From: Flavipsychrobacter sp.
Lineage (GTDB): Bacteria > Bacteroidota > Bacteroidia > Chitinophagales > Chitinophagaceae
Direction: 5' to 3'
Assembly (NCBI GenBank): GCA_016786615.1
Contig: JAEUVX010000014.1
Location: 167,334-231,333 of the forward strand
DNA length: 64,000 nucleotides
The notes beneath the pieces were generated by a model, which was given only the letters and a program-made list of their open reading frames with translations, made no database searches and had not been told where the DNA came from. Below, piece by piece: positions 48,780 through 58,311 of the stretch (position 1 is the stretch's first letter; every line of letters begins with the position of its first letter). Both the position numbers and the translations under genes were made by a program.

Positions 48780-49509
48780 AGCGTACTCTTTTTTCTATAT
48801 ACGGATGTAGTGGTTGGTTTGCTTTGTTGAGTTGCTTTACATAGTCTATGAGTATGTCGCGTATAAACAGGTTGACGGGTGTAGCTTTCAATGATGTAAG
48901 AAAGCTGCATTTATCTCCGCCAGTTGCCAGGTAGTCATTAGTAGCTATCAGGTATGTCTCATTTTCTGCAACGTTTTTCCCGCCTATAGTAATGGCAGTG
49001 GCTTTCCCGTCTTTTATTTCATAACGGATACCGCTTACCGGCCAGCCTTTCATTGCTGCCATGTGGTGGCACCATTGCACAAGGATGTTCCCGGGCACTT
49101 CTACTATTGTTAATGCATTATCAAACGGCATCAGTTCATACATCTTGCCGATTGTAATCTTGCCTGCATTGATGTATGGCAGGCGAATGCCTCCCTGATT
49201 GGCAACTGCCGCCACAACACTGCTGTTGCTTCGCTTCGCTGCCTGTAGCATGGCATCGGCTATGAAGTTGCCGAGTGTGCATTCCGGCTGTGCTTTGGTA
49301 AGTGTGGTGTCAGCGTATCCTATCACTATTTGCATGGTGCTGTCCATGCGTTGTTTATATGGTGCAAGAAATTGTATATAACTGCTGTCAGTTTTGGCTT
49401 CTTTGCCTACTGCATAATGCCTGCTGTTATGTTCTTGTATATAATGTGGTTTATGACAGGCTGTTACAACTGCAAGCAAAAGAGATATGTGTACTATTGA
49501 AACGCGCAT
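48769..49509 (-). CDS. 5'-nucleotidase C-terminal domain lipoprotein
   Basis: Lipobox VTAC; LGNFIAD, NQGGIR, PFDN and YLATGGD motifs. Confidence 0.88.
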   Translation of the reverse strand: MRVSIVHISLLLAVVTACHKPHYIQEHNSRHYAVGKEAKTDSSYIQFLAPYKQRMDSTMQIVIGYADTTLTKAQPECTLGNFIADAMLQAAKRSNSSVVAAVANQGGIRLPYINAGKITIGKMYELMPFDNALTIVEVPGNILVQWCHHMAAMKGWPVSGIRYEIKDGKATAITIGGKNVAENETYLIATNDYLATGGDKCSFLTSLKATPVNLFIRDILIDYVKQLNKANQPLHPYIEKRVRYAE

Positions 49510-49589
49510 TGCGGTGCAAAACTAAGTGCTATGAAGATAGTGCAGTATTAAGCTTATTTTATCCCTTGCAGAATGATTATTTTTGAAGC

Positions 49590-50777
49590 ATGACCGGCCG
49601 TTTAAAATTAAGAGAAAGGATTATGTCCCCCGTTATGGAGTTCATTCGCGATAGCCGCTCTGTGGGTATCGTTTTGATATGTGCTACGTTTATTTCTTTG
49701 ATAATCAGCAATACCGCATGGTCTGATACTTACATGCATTTTTGGGAACGTGAACTTACAATGCCGCTTCCCGAACTGCATTTGCCACATACCATACTGC
49801 ACCTCATTAACGATGCGTTGATGGCTGTTTTCTTTTTGCTGGTAGGTATGGAAATAAAGCGCGAGCTGCTGATTGGTGAACTGAACAGCCTGAAAAAATC
49901 GTTGTTGCCTATTATTGCCGCAGCGGGTGGTATGTTTGTACCTGCAACTATTTACATGCTATGGTGTGGAGGTACGCCGTTCAGCAGCGGGTGGGGTATA
50001 CCTATGGCTACAGACATCGCGTTTTCATTAGGTGTGCTGTCTTTATTGGGCAAGCGTGCGCCTATATCGTTGCGTATCTTTCTTACTGCACTGGCTATTA
50101 TCGACGACCTTGGTGGCATACTCACCATCGCCATATTTTATGCCGGCGATTTGCAATGGAATTATTTGCTGTATGCAGGTATCGTTATGTTGGCACTGGT
50201 AATTATGAACCTGCTGAAGGTGAAACGCTATTATTTCTATTTCGGGTTAGGGTTGCTGCTATGGTATTTTGTTTTCAATTCGGGTGTTCATGCTACAATA
50301 GCTGGTGTATTGCTGGCATTCACTATACCGTTGCACAAAATAGAAGAACTGGAATACTCCCTGCACGACCCTGTAAACTTCATCATACTGCCATTGTTTG
50401 CATTGGCAAATACAGCAATAGTATTGCCTGCTGAATTTGGTAGTATCTATACATCTGTTGTGCATCACGGTATCACAATGGGGCTGGTACTGGGCAAACC
50501 ATTAGGTATTTATGTATTCAGCATGGCGGCAGTACGGATGAAGATTGCAGAGCTGCCCGACGGTATGAAACGCCCGCAGCTATTGGGTATGGGTATGATA
50601 GCAGGTATCGGGTTTACCATGTCTATATTCATGGCCACACTTGCATTTGATGATGCAGCTACGCAATTGATAGCCAAAGTAGCTATCATCGGTGCATCTG
50701 CATTGGCAGGCATACTTGGTTTTGTATTCCTGAAACTGATAAGTACGAATCAACCGGTCAAAAAACCAACTAATTAA
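49590..50777 (+). CDS. nhaA: Na+/H+ antiporter NhaA
   Basis: INDALM, GMEIKRE, PMATDIAF, LAIIDD, GKPLG and GIGFTMS motifs. Confidence 0.95.
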   Translation: MTGRLKLRERIMSPVMEFIRDSRSVGIVLICATFISLIISNTAWSDTYMHFWERELTMPLPELHLPHTILHLINDALMAVFFLLVGMEIKRELLIGELNSLKKSLLPIIAAAGGMFVPATIYMLWCGGTPFSSGWGIPMATDIAFSLGVLSLLGKRAPISLRIFLTALAIIDDLGGILTIAIFYAGDLQWNYLLYAGIVMLALVIMNLLKVKRYYFYFGLGLLLWYFVFNSGVHATIAGVLLAFTIPLHKIEELEYSLHDPVNFIILPLFALANTAIVLPAEFGSIYTSVVHHGITMGLVLGKPLGIYVFSMAAVRMKIAELPDGMKRPQLLGMGMIAGIGFTMSIFMATLAFDDAATQLIAKVAIIGASALAGILGFVFLKLISTNQPVKKPTN

Positions 50778-51246
50778 CCGCTTCCACTCCAAACTGCTTC
50801 AAGTGATGCCAGCTATGTTTGTGCAATAGTTGCACCCACATTTCATAATTCAGATTACCAAAGAAAGGATTAGTAATTATTGCATCAGGTTGTGCATCAA
50901 ACACAGCAAAGAAGTCATTAATCTCCGTCTGCAATTCGTTCAGTGCATCTTGTATGCTTGCATTCTTTTCAGGTACAGTGTTATCGCCTATTATAGGGTT
51001 AGGCGTATTTTCTCTGAATGGTTTATCACTCATCAGGAAGGCCTGCATTTTAGGCACATTCTCTTCGGGTGTCAGCAAAGCATACTTATCCTTACCGTTC
51101 GCTTGCCTGAATGAAAAGCTCATGTGCTCTATCATCTGGTGTACATTCATCTTGCCCCACAATCCTTTGGTGTCGGTATTGATGCCTGCCAGAAGCTTTA
51201 CATATTCGTTCTTCAGAAACGCGGCTTTCTCTTGTATGTTTCCCAT
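50770..51246 (-). CDS. DinB-superfamily / DUF1569-like protein
   Basis: WGKMNVHQMIEH, NPFFG and HKHSWHHLKQFG motifs. Confidence 0.8.
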   Translation of the reverse strand: MGNIQEKAAFLKNEYVKLLAGINTDTKGLWGKMNVHQMIEHMSFSFRQANGKDKYALLTPEENVPKMQAFLMSDKPFRENTPNPIIGDNTVPEKNASIQDALNELQTEINDFFAVFDAQPDAIITNPFFGNLNYEMWVQLLHKHSWHHLKQFGVEAVN

Positions 51247-51255
51247 GTTTTTTTA

Positions 51256-51348
51256 TTTAGTGCATAGTCGTAAGTATAAAGTAAATAGTATGTAACGCAT
51301 GAGTTCTATACTTGTAAACGCTCTACTTACTACTTTATAATCTCTACT
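51256..51348. repeat. Heptamer-phased imperfect inverted repeat
   Basis: Five tandem 7-mers with AGT in phase (51256-51290) and a complementary arm with TACT/TAAT at 51324, 51331, 51338, 51345; core TATAAAGTA/TACTTTATA. Confidence 0.5.
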
Positions 51349-52309
51349 ACAAAAGTCCTTTAATCAGTTTTTCTTGCGAAACACCTTCTGCCTCTGCCTT
51401 GTAGTTGCGTACTACACGGTGGCGCAGCACAGCCAGCGCCATTGCCTGCACATCTTCTATATCCGGAGAGTATTTGCCTTGCAGCAAGGCATGGCATTTA
51501 GCACCCAGTATCAGGTATTGCGATGCGCGAGGCCCTGCACCGTACGATATGTATTGTTTGGCAACATCAGGTGCAGTGCTGTTGGCAGGGCGTGTTTTCT
51601 GCACCAATCCAACAGCATATTCCAATACATTGTCGGGCACAGGTACGCGGCGTATCAAATCCTGGAAATAAAGTATGTCTTCACCTGTCAGCACTTTCTG
51701 TAGTTCAATATTATCAGCACCTGTTGTATTGCGTACTATCATCACCTCTTCCGCAAAGCTTGGATAATCCAGCCATATCTGGAACATAAAGCGGTCAAGC
51801 TGTGCTTCCGGCAGCGGGTAGGTTCCTTCCTGTTCTATAGGGTTTTGTGTAGCCAGTACAAAGAAAGGTGCGGGCAGTTTATATACGGTACCGCTGGCTG
51901 TTACATTACGTTCCTGCATGGCTTCCAGCAATGCCGATTGTGTTTTGGGAGGTGTGCGGTTTATCTCATCTGCCAGTATGATGTTGGCAAACACTGGCCC
52001 CTTCACAAAACGAAACTGGCGTGTTTCGTCCAGTATTTCCGCACCTACTATATCACTCGGCATCAGGTCGGGGGTAAACTGTATGCGCTTGAAGGAAAGG
52101 TCCAGTACATCTGCTACCGTCTTTACCAGCAATGTTTTTGCAAGCCCCGGTACACCAACCAGCAGGCTGTGCCCGTTGCATAGTATTGATATGATGAGCT
52201 TGTCTACAACTTCATCTTGTCCTACGATTACTTTGCCTATGGCTTGTTTTATGACTGCAAACTTTTCTTTCAGGGCCTTGGCCGCGTCTATATCCGATGC
52301 GTAATTCAT
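51347..52309 (-). CDS. MoxR family AAA+ ATPase
   Basis: GVPGLAKT, RIQFTPDLMPSD, DEINR and ATQNPIEQEGTYPLPEAQLDRF motifs. Confidence 0.95.
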   Translation of the reverse strand: MNYASDIDAAKALKEKFAVIKQAIGKVIVGQDEVVDKLIISILCNGHSLLVGVPGLAKTLLVKTVADVLDLSFKRIQFTPDLMPSDIVGAEILDETRQFRFVKGPVFANIILADEINRTPPKTQSALLEAMQERNVTASGTVYKLPAPFFVLATQNPIEQEGTYPLPEAQLDRFMFQIWLDYPSFAEEVMIVRNTTGADNIELQKVLTGEDILYFQDLIRRVPVPDNVLEYAVGLVQKTRPANSTAPDVAKQYISYGAGPRASQYLILGAKCHALLQGKYSPDIEDVQAMALAVLRHRVVRNYKAEAEGVSQEKLIKGLL

Positions 52310-52454
52310 TACTGTTTCTGTAGTTTATGGTTTGAGTGTTGATGCCTCAATCCGGCTATTCATTAAAAATAGACAGGTAATTTCTATTATTTTGTGAAAA
52401 TTGACAAATAACCTTGAAAATCACATCATAGAGCGAATTAATAAATAGTATAGT

Positions 52455-52778
52455 ATGACCATAGAACAAGCACAGCAGCAGGTAGATGCATGGATAAAAA
52501 CAGTAGGTGTCCGTTATTTCAACGAGCTTACCAACCTGGGCATCCTGATGGAAGAAACAGGCGAACTGGCACGCCTGATGGTGCGCAAATACGGCGAGCA
52601 GTCTTTTAAAGAAAGCGATAATGGAAAAGAACTGGCAGATGAAATGGCCGATGTATTATGGGTGCTGCTATGTCTTGCCAACCAAACGGACGTAAACCTT
52701 ACTGAAGCGCTGCAAAAGAATTTTGAAAAGAAAAACATCCGCGATGCCGAACGGCATAAGAATAACGAAAAGTTATAA
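52455..52778 (+). CDS. MazG-like nucleotide pyrophosphohydrolase
   Basis: LMEETGELAR and ADEMADVL (ExxE..ExxD) motifs. Confidence 0.9.
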   Translation: MTIEQAQQQVDAWIKTVGVRYFNELTNLGILMEETGELARLMVRKYGEQSFKESDNGKELADEMADVLWVLLCLANQTDVNLTEALQKNFEKKNIRDAERHKNNEKL

Positions 52779-52780
52779 TA

Positions 52781-52811
52781 AAAAACCCCGTGTACATTAC
52801 ACGGGGTTTTT
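52781..52811. terminator. Bidirectional terminator
   Basis: AAAAACCCCGTGTA-CAT-TACACGGGGTTTTT. Confidence 0.9.
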
Positions 52812-52829
52812 ACTTGCAGTTAAATATTA

Positions 52830-53606
52830 TTATTGTTGGCTAACCAGCATTTTACCAGTTTGGATGTCGCTACCCATTTCTACACGATACAGGTAAATAC
52901 CATTTTGCAGGTTTTTAGTGCTTACATTGATAGTATTGTTGCCAGACATTTTGCCTTTGTTTTCGCTGATTACCAGACGGCCGGTAACGTCAAATATTTT
53001 CAGGCTTACTTCTGCGATGTTGTTCATGCTCAGGTTGAACTTAGCCTCTGTGCTAACAGGGTTAGGATACAAACTAACTTGATTTTCTACGTTAGTACCT
53101 GTTACTGTTGCTACACCTGATGGTGGATTGTAGTTAGCTTTCATAACAATCGACTTACAACCTTGGTTGTTAGTAGTAACGTTATCTTTTACAGAGTCAG
53201 CACTTCTGTTGATAGGTGCTACAGCGATACAGTATTGTACAGTTTTATCAGTAGTAGTTGTTGTTGTATAGCCTATTGAGAAGTTTGCATTGATTTGGAT
53301 AGTATCGTTTTGGTTCAGTACTTTACCCAGTTTGCTTGAAGAATAATAAACTGTAGTAGAAGAACCACCGCCGAATACCAGGCCATTACCATCAAGATAC
53401 CAAGAATATATAATGCTGTCACCCGCTTTTAATGGGTTTGCGCCTACGTTTGTAACTACTACTTTAGATTGGAATGCAACACCGCTATCAATAGTAAAAT
53501 TCGCGATAGGGTTGTTCATAGTTGCGCTGATATCTACTAACCTTTGCGCATTAGCTGCAAAAGTGAAACAGCCGAAAGCTGCAGCAAGAGTAAAAAGTTT
53601 TTTCAT
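52830..53606 (-). CDS. T9SS type A sorting domain protein with one Ig-like domain
   Basis: Signal peptide, Ig/DUF11-like region (DNVTTNNQGC), YPNP..LQNGIYLY CTD. Confidence 0.82.
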   Translation of the reverse strand: MKKLFTLAAAFGCFTFAANAQRLVDISATMNNPIANFTIDSGVAFQSKVVVTNVGANPLKAGDSIIYSWYLDGNGLVFGGGSSTTVYYSSSKLGKVLNQNDTIQINANFSIGYTTTTTTDKTVQYCIAVAPINRSADSVKDNVTTNNQGCKSIVMKANYNPPSGVATVTGTNVENQVSLYPNPVSTEAKFNLSMNNIAEVSLKIFDVTGRLVISENKGKMSGNNTINVSTKNLQNGIYLYRVEMGSDIQTGKMLVSQQ

Positions 53607-53770
53607 AAAAAAGTGTTTTAAATGTGTAGCGAATATAGGGTATTTTTTCTCTCAAAGTGCAGTCATGGGCAATATTTGACCCTTTTTTACACTAAACTGA
53701 TAGTTGTAACTATTCATTAGTTTTGTGAGGCGGTGGTTGTTTTATTATTGGTTAAAATACTTGACTTCTG

Positions 53771-54403
53771 ATGATTTTTTCTTCAAAACTGATAGAGGAT
53801 GCTGTAAATGAGTTTTCGAAATTGCCGGGAATAGGTAAAAAAACGGCATTGCGTATGGTACTGCAATTGCTGAAAATGGATAAAGAAAGTGTAGCAGCAT
53901 TTACAGATGCCATTGCCCGTATGCGAAACGAAGTAGTATTCTGCAAGCATTGCCATAATATAGCCGATACCGATGTATGTACAATTTGTGTCAATTCTTC
54001 CCGCAACCGTTCGCAAATATGTGTGGTAGAAAATATCAGGGATGTGATAGCTATAGAAAGTACCCAACAATATAATGGGTTATACCATTTGTTAGGTGGT
54101 ATATTATCTCCCTTAGACGGTATTGGCCCCGAACAATTGAATATTGACACCTTATACCAGCGTGTAAAGAATGAAAATGTACAAGAGCTGATAATGGCAC
54201 TGAGCCCAACCATAGAGGGCGACACCACTGTGTATTACATCGCCAAACAAATGAATGCTTTGCCTGTTACCATTACAACCATAGCGCGCGGCATTGCCTT
54301 CGGTGGAGAGCTGGAGTATGCGGATGAAATGACATTAGCGAGAAGTATAGCCAAACGCTTGCCTATTGAAAACTATGTAAGTGTGCAGCCCAAAGTTTTG
54401 TAA
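53771..54403 (+). CDS. recR: Recombination mediator RecR
   Basis: LPGIGKKTA, C4 zinc finger CKHC..CTIC, TOPRIM EGDTT, GGELEYAD. Confidence 0.96.
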   Translation: MIFSSKLIEDAVNEFSKLPGIGKKTALRMVLQLLKMDKESVAAFTDAIARMRNEVVFCKHCHNIADTDVCTICVNSSRNRSQICVVENIRDVIAIESTQQYNGLYHLLGGILSPLDGIGPEQLNIDTLYQRVKNENVQELIMALSPTIEGDTTVYYIAKQMNALPVTITTIARGIAFGGELEYADEMTLARSIAKRLPIENYVSVQPKVL

Positions 54404-54489
54404 TAAACAAGCTTCGATGCGCTATTTCAGCGATAGTATATTAATGGTACAATAAGGCTGTTTTCTATTCAAGTAATTTCGATGAGGCT

Positions 54490-55266
54490 TTAGTGTATGT
54501 CAATATCTCCACTATACACATAGGTTGCAGGGCCATTCAGAAATATCTGCGTGATACCTTTTGCATCTTTTTCAAAACTTACGGATAGCTTGCCTCCCGG
54601 TGTTGTGATGCTGGTATTAAAACTGCCTGTTGCATCGCCACTGGCTGCAATTGCCGCAGCAGTAACACCTGTGCCGCAACTGTATGTTTCATCTTCCACA
54701 CCACGCTCATAAGTGCGTACGCTGATACCATCTTCCGTACGCTGCACAAAATTTACATTGATGCCCTTAGGTTGGTAGCGCTCCGTATTCCGGATGCTTC
54801 TTCCCGTATTAAATACATCAGTAGTTTTTACATCATCTACAAATGTTACATAATGCGGCGAGCCTGTGTTCAGTTCTGTAAAATCGTTTTCAGTTATTAC
54901 ACTTGTTACATCCTGCATTTGCAGGCTTACAATACCGTCATGGTTGATGGTAGCGGTATGCGGGCCGTCTATAGCTATGAAGGATGCGCTGTCGTTGATA
55001 ACACCCAGCTTTTTTGCAAATGCTGCAATGCACCTGCCACCATTGCCGCACATGGTACTTTCATTGCCATCGGCATTGTAGTACACCATACGGAAATCAT
55101 ACCCCTCCTCATTTTCCAGCAGCATCAGCCCGTCTGCGCCTATGCCGAATCTTCTGTCGCACAAAAACGCTATCTGTGCGGTTGATAATGAAATATTACC
55201 CGCCCTGTTGTCTATCAGAATAAAATCGTTTCCTGTACCCTGATATTTGTCAAAATGCAATTGCAT
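54490..55266 (-). CDS. dapF: Diaminopimelate epimerase
   Basis: KYQGTGNDF, GIGADG, MCGNG, TGSPH and ERGVEDETYSCGTG motifs. Confidence 0.96.
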   Translation of the reverse strand: MQLHFDKYQGTGNDFILIDNRAGNISLSTAQIAFLCDRRFGIGADGLMLLENEEGYDFRMVYYNADGNESTMCGNGGRCIAAFAKKLGVINDSASFIAIDGPHTATINHDGIVSLQMQDVTSVITENDFTELNTGSPHYVTFVDDVKTTDVFNTGRSIRNTERYQPKGINVNFVQRTEDGISVRTYERGVEDETYSCGTGVTAAAIAASGDATGSFNTSITTPGGKLSVSFEKDAKGITQIFLNGPATYVYSGDIDIH

Positions 55267-55280
55267 CCGGCAAAGTTACA

Positions 55281-56768
55281 TTATTTATTACCCGGAAAAT
55301 ATTGCTCGGCACGCGCGTTGTTGTTAGTATTGCTGCGCCCTGTTTTATACAGTATGCTGCGCCATCCCGTATTGCGCACTTCACCTCTTATATTAGAATG
55401 CAGCACCCTATACTCGCCAAAAGAAAAGCCCGGCCTGTAAAATAATATCATGCCGCCTGTGCGTTGGTGCGCCAGTGTGTTGTACGACCATATCTCATAG
55501 GGTTCAGTACCCTGCTCGTTTTCTACGGTTACCATTTCCTCCGGTTTGCCATATTTCAGGTATATAACGCCACGCTCTGTTTCATAGCCCGGCATATTGC
55601 CTGCTGCAAATCTTTTGTTTACTTCTTTTACTTTATCGGTATAGGCATCCCATGCAGCTTTGGGGTCTGTCGGGTTGCGTTCTTTCCAGAAGTTGTAGAT
55701 GAAATAACGGATATACATTTCATCTGGTTTGGCAATGAAATTATCTATCGTCAATACCTCAATAGAATTGCTGATGGGTTTAATCATTTTAAGTATCGCC
55801 TTCAGTTGCGGCAGGGTGTATTTGCTTACAAATGTGCTGTTCAGGTCGAAGAACTGCATCTCTTCAAATGTGAATGAATCTGTCTTTCCGGGCGTATTTA
55901 CAGCAACAGGTTGCAGGTTGATGCGTTGAAAGAATAATGATTGTGATGCGACAATGGTAGCATTTTCTTTCAGCACAATATTCAGATAATAATTGCCCGA
56001 TGGCAGCGATTCAATATTCAGCTTGCCTGTTGCAGGCATCACTGCTTGTATAGTGTTTGGTGCGATGGTGTCGTTTTTCTTCAGATTGAATACTGCATTT
56101 TCAAGCGGCTTCTTCGATATAGATACTGTTTGCACCAGCTTGTTTTGCGGCCTGGATGCTGCTGTCGGGTAATACAATTCGCTATAGTAAAATAATGAAC
56201 GGCGCCAGCTATCTACAAAAGCTGCGCACAATGGTATTTGCAGCATATTGTTTTTGCTGAAGAGATTTTGCTGTGCCTCATTCCATACATAGCTTGTATC
56301 AAGCAGTTGCAGGTTGCTGTATGCAGGTTTTTGCGCTATGTCAGTTATTTCAAAACTATCGGCAAAGCTATAGTAGCTTGTGGTGTCAATCAGTTCTGTC
56401 AGTGTCAGCTGCACTTTGTATTTACCGGCGGGCAGCAGGTAGCGTTGCAGCTCTATGATGTTCTGATTCACTGCAAGGTCTATATGTGTTGCTGCGGGTG
56501 TTTGCAGCAGGTAGTGGTCTTCTTTTACGGTTTTGCCTTCCTCATTTATGAACGAAATATCGGTGCGGATTTTTGCGATGATTTTACCGGTTTCAGGTTC
56601 AGTAAAATGCAGCGAGCCGGGTATTATCTGCCAGTATGTTTCTATATATGGTTTATACCCGTTATTTGCAGGTTTGTAAAAAATTGTATAACCAACTGTT
56701 GCTTCTATAGCATGGGTATGGAGGCATAATAACAAGCTGATAAAAACTAAACCAAGCCATCTGAGCAT
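55281..56768 (-). CDS. GWxTD domain-containing protein
   Basis: Signal peptide, Ig-like region, FWKERNP, motif variant GYETERGVIYLKYGKP, YEIWSY. ATG 56768. Confidence 0.8.
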   Translation of the reverse strand: MLRWLGLVFISLLLCLHTHAIEATVGYTIFYKPANNGYKPYIETYWQIIPGSLHFTEPETGKIIAKIRTDISFINEEGKTVKEDHYLLQTPAATHIDLAVNQNIIELQRYLLPAGKYKVQLTLTELIDTTSYYSFADSFEITDIAQKPAYSNLQLLDTSYVWNEAQQNLFSKNNMLQIPLCAAFVDSWRRSLFYYSELYYPTAASRPQNKLVQTVSISKKPLENAVFNLKKNDTIAPNTIQAVMPATGKLNIESLPSGNYYLNIVLKENATIVASQSLFFQRINLQPVAVNTPGKTDSFTFEEMQFFDLNSTFVSKYTLPQLKAILKMIKPISNSIEVLTIDNFIAKPDEMYIRYFIYNFWKERNPTDPKAAWDAYTDKVKEVNKRFAAGNMPGYETERGVIYLKYGKPEEMVTVENEQGTEPYEIWSYNTLAHQRTGGMILFYRPGFSFGEYRVLHSNIRGEVRNTGWRSILYKTGRSNTNNNARAEQYFPGNK

Positions 56769-56860
56769 TTTTCGCTTTTTTTGCAAAACTATAATAATTG
56801 TCTTTGATGAGTTGTGAATAATAACCGAAAGTAGTGCAGTATGACAATTAGATGTTTAAT

Positions 56861-57517
56861 ATGAGTAATACGATAGTCAGTTCATATATTCCGTTTCCCA
56901 ACATAGGTTGGTGGTCGTTGGTGCAGGATGCTGCTTCTTTATTGCTGGATGGCGGCGAGCATTTCGAAAAAATGACGTACCGCAATAAATACTTTATCAC
57001 AGGTTCAAACGGTGGCATACAACTCAGTATTCCATTGCAGCAGGGCAGGGAGCAGCGCACGCCGATGCTACAGGTGCGTATAGACAATAAACAGCGATGG
57101 CAAATACAGCACTGGCGCACACTGGTATCGGTATATAAACGCACACCGTATTTCGACCATTATGAGCCATCGCTCGAAAAGCTTTTTACGAAACCTTATG
57201 ATTTGCTCGTGGACTTTAACCGTGCATCAATTGGATGGTTGCAAAAAGAATTGAAAGCAGGCTTTGCCATCACTGCCACAGATGTGTATCAAAAGGAATA
57301 TCTCGATGTGGTTGATATAAGAACAGCTTTAAAACCCGGTGCAGAGCGTCAGGCACTCACTAATGGTACAGCACCTTATTACCAGGTATTTGCAGACAGG
57401 GTAGGTTTCTTGCCCAACCTTAGTATGCTCGATATATTATTTGCCGAAGGCCCGCACGCTTTGCAATGGGTGAAACAGCATCATGCGTTGATAAACGACT
57501 GGGTTTCCGTAAAATGA
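56861..57517 (+). CDS. WbqC family protein
   Basis: EHFEKMTYRNK, LSIP, WQIQHW, YKRTPYF, YYQVF and LSMLDILF motifs. Confidence 0.88.
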   Translation: MSNTIVSSYIPFPNIGWWSLVQDAASLLLDGGEHFEKMTYRNKYFITGSNGGIQLSIPLQQGREQRTPMLQVRIDNKQRWQIQHWRTLVSVYKRTPYFDHYEPSLEKLFTKPYDLLVDFNRASIGWLQKELKAGFAITATDVYQKEYLDVVDIRTALKPGAERQALTNGTAPYYQVFADRVGFLPNLSMLDILFAEGPHALQWVKQHHALINDWVSVK

Positions 57518-57529
57518 AAAAAGAGATAA

Positions 57530-58240
57530 TTATTTATCTCCCTGTTTCATTTTCCATACACCATACATCGCTTCCTGTACTATGCCTTTTGTCATTTTCG
57601 ACTGGCCTTCCGTTCGGTCAATGAATGTGATTGGTACTTCGTGTATTTTAAAACCGAGCTTCCATGCACGGTATTTCATTTCTATCTGGAAGGCATAGCC
57701 CACAAACTGTACTTTATCCAATGGTATGGTTTGCAATACTTTTGCTTTGTAGCATATAAAGCCCGCAGTAGGGTCTTTCACCGGCATAAACGTGATGATG
57801 CGTGTGTACAGCGCGCCGCCTTTTGATATAAATATCCTGTCCCATGGCCAGTTTACCACTTTGCCACCCGATACATATCGAGAACCGATTGCTACATCGG
57901 CACCGCCTGTGCTGCATGCCTGATGCAACCGCAATAAATCTTCAGGATTATGAGAGAAGTCAGCATCCATCTCAAAGATAAACTGGTAGCCCTTTTCCAA
58001 CGCCCATTTAAAACCTGCTATGTATGCTGTGCCAAGGCCAAGCTTGCCGCTGCGCTCCAGCAGGTGTACCTGCTCCGGGTAGCTTTGTTGCAATGATTTT
58101 ACAATAGCTGCCGTACCATCAGGAGAGCCATCGTCCACAATCAGTATATGAAAACTGCCGGGCAACGACAGTACCTTCAGGATGATGCGTTCGATATTCT
58201 CCTTTTCGTTGTAGGTTGGTATTATGACGAGTTTGTCCAA
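57530..58240 (-). CDS. Polyprenol monophosphomannose synthase-like GT2
   Basis: IPTYNE, VDDGSPDGT, GLGTAY, MDADFSH, GYAFQIE and FIDR motifs. TTG start. Confidence 0.9.
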   Translation of the reverse strand: MDKLVIIPTYNEKENIERIILKVLSLPGSFHILIVDDGSPDGTAAIVKSLQQSYPEQVHLLERSGKLGLGTAYIAGFKWALEKGYQFIFEMDADFSHNPEDLLRLHQACSTGGADVAIGSRYVSGGKVVNWPWDRIFISKGGALYTRIITFMPVKDPTAGFICYKAKVLQTIPLDKVQFVGYAFQIEMKYRAWKLGFKIHEVPITFIDRTEGQSKMTKGIVQEAMYGVWKMKQGDK

Positions 58241-58311
58241 ATCAGGGCAAAATTAAAAGGTCTAAAATAAGAAATAATGGCGTCTGGTATGTTAAATAAA
58301 TGTCTAAAGTT

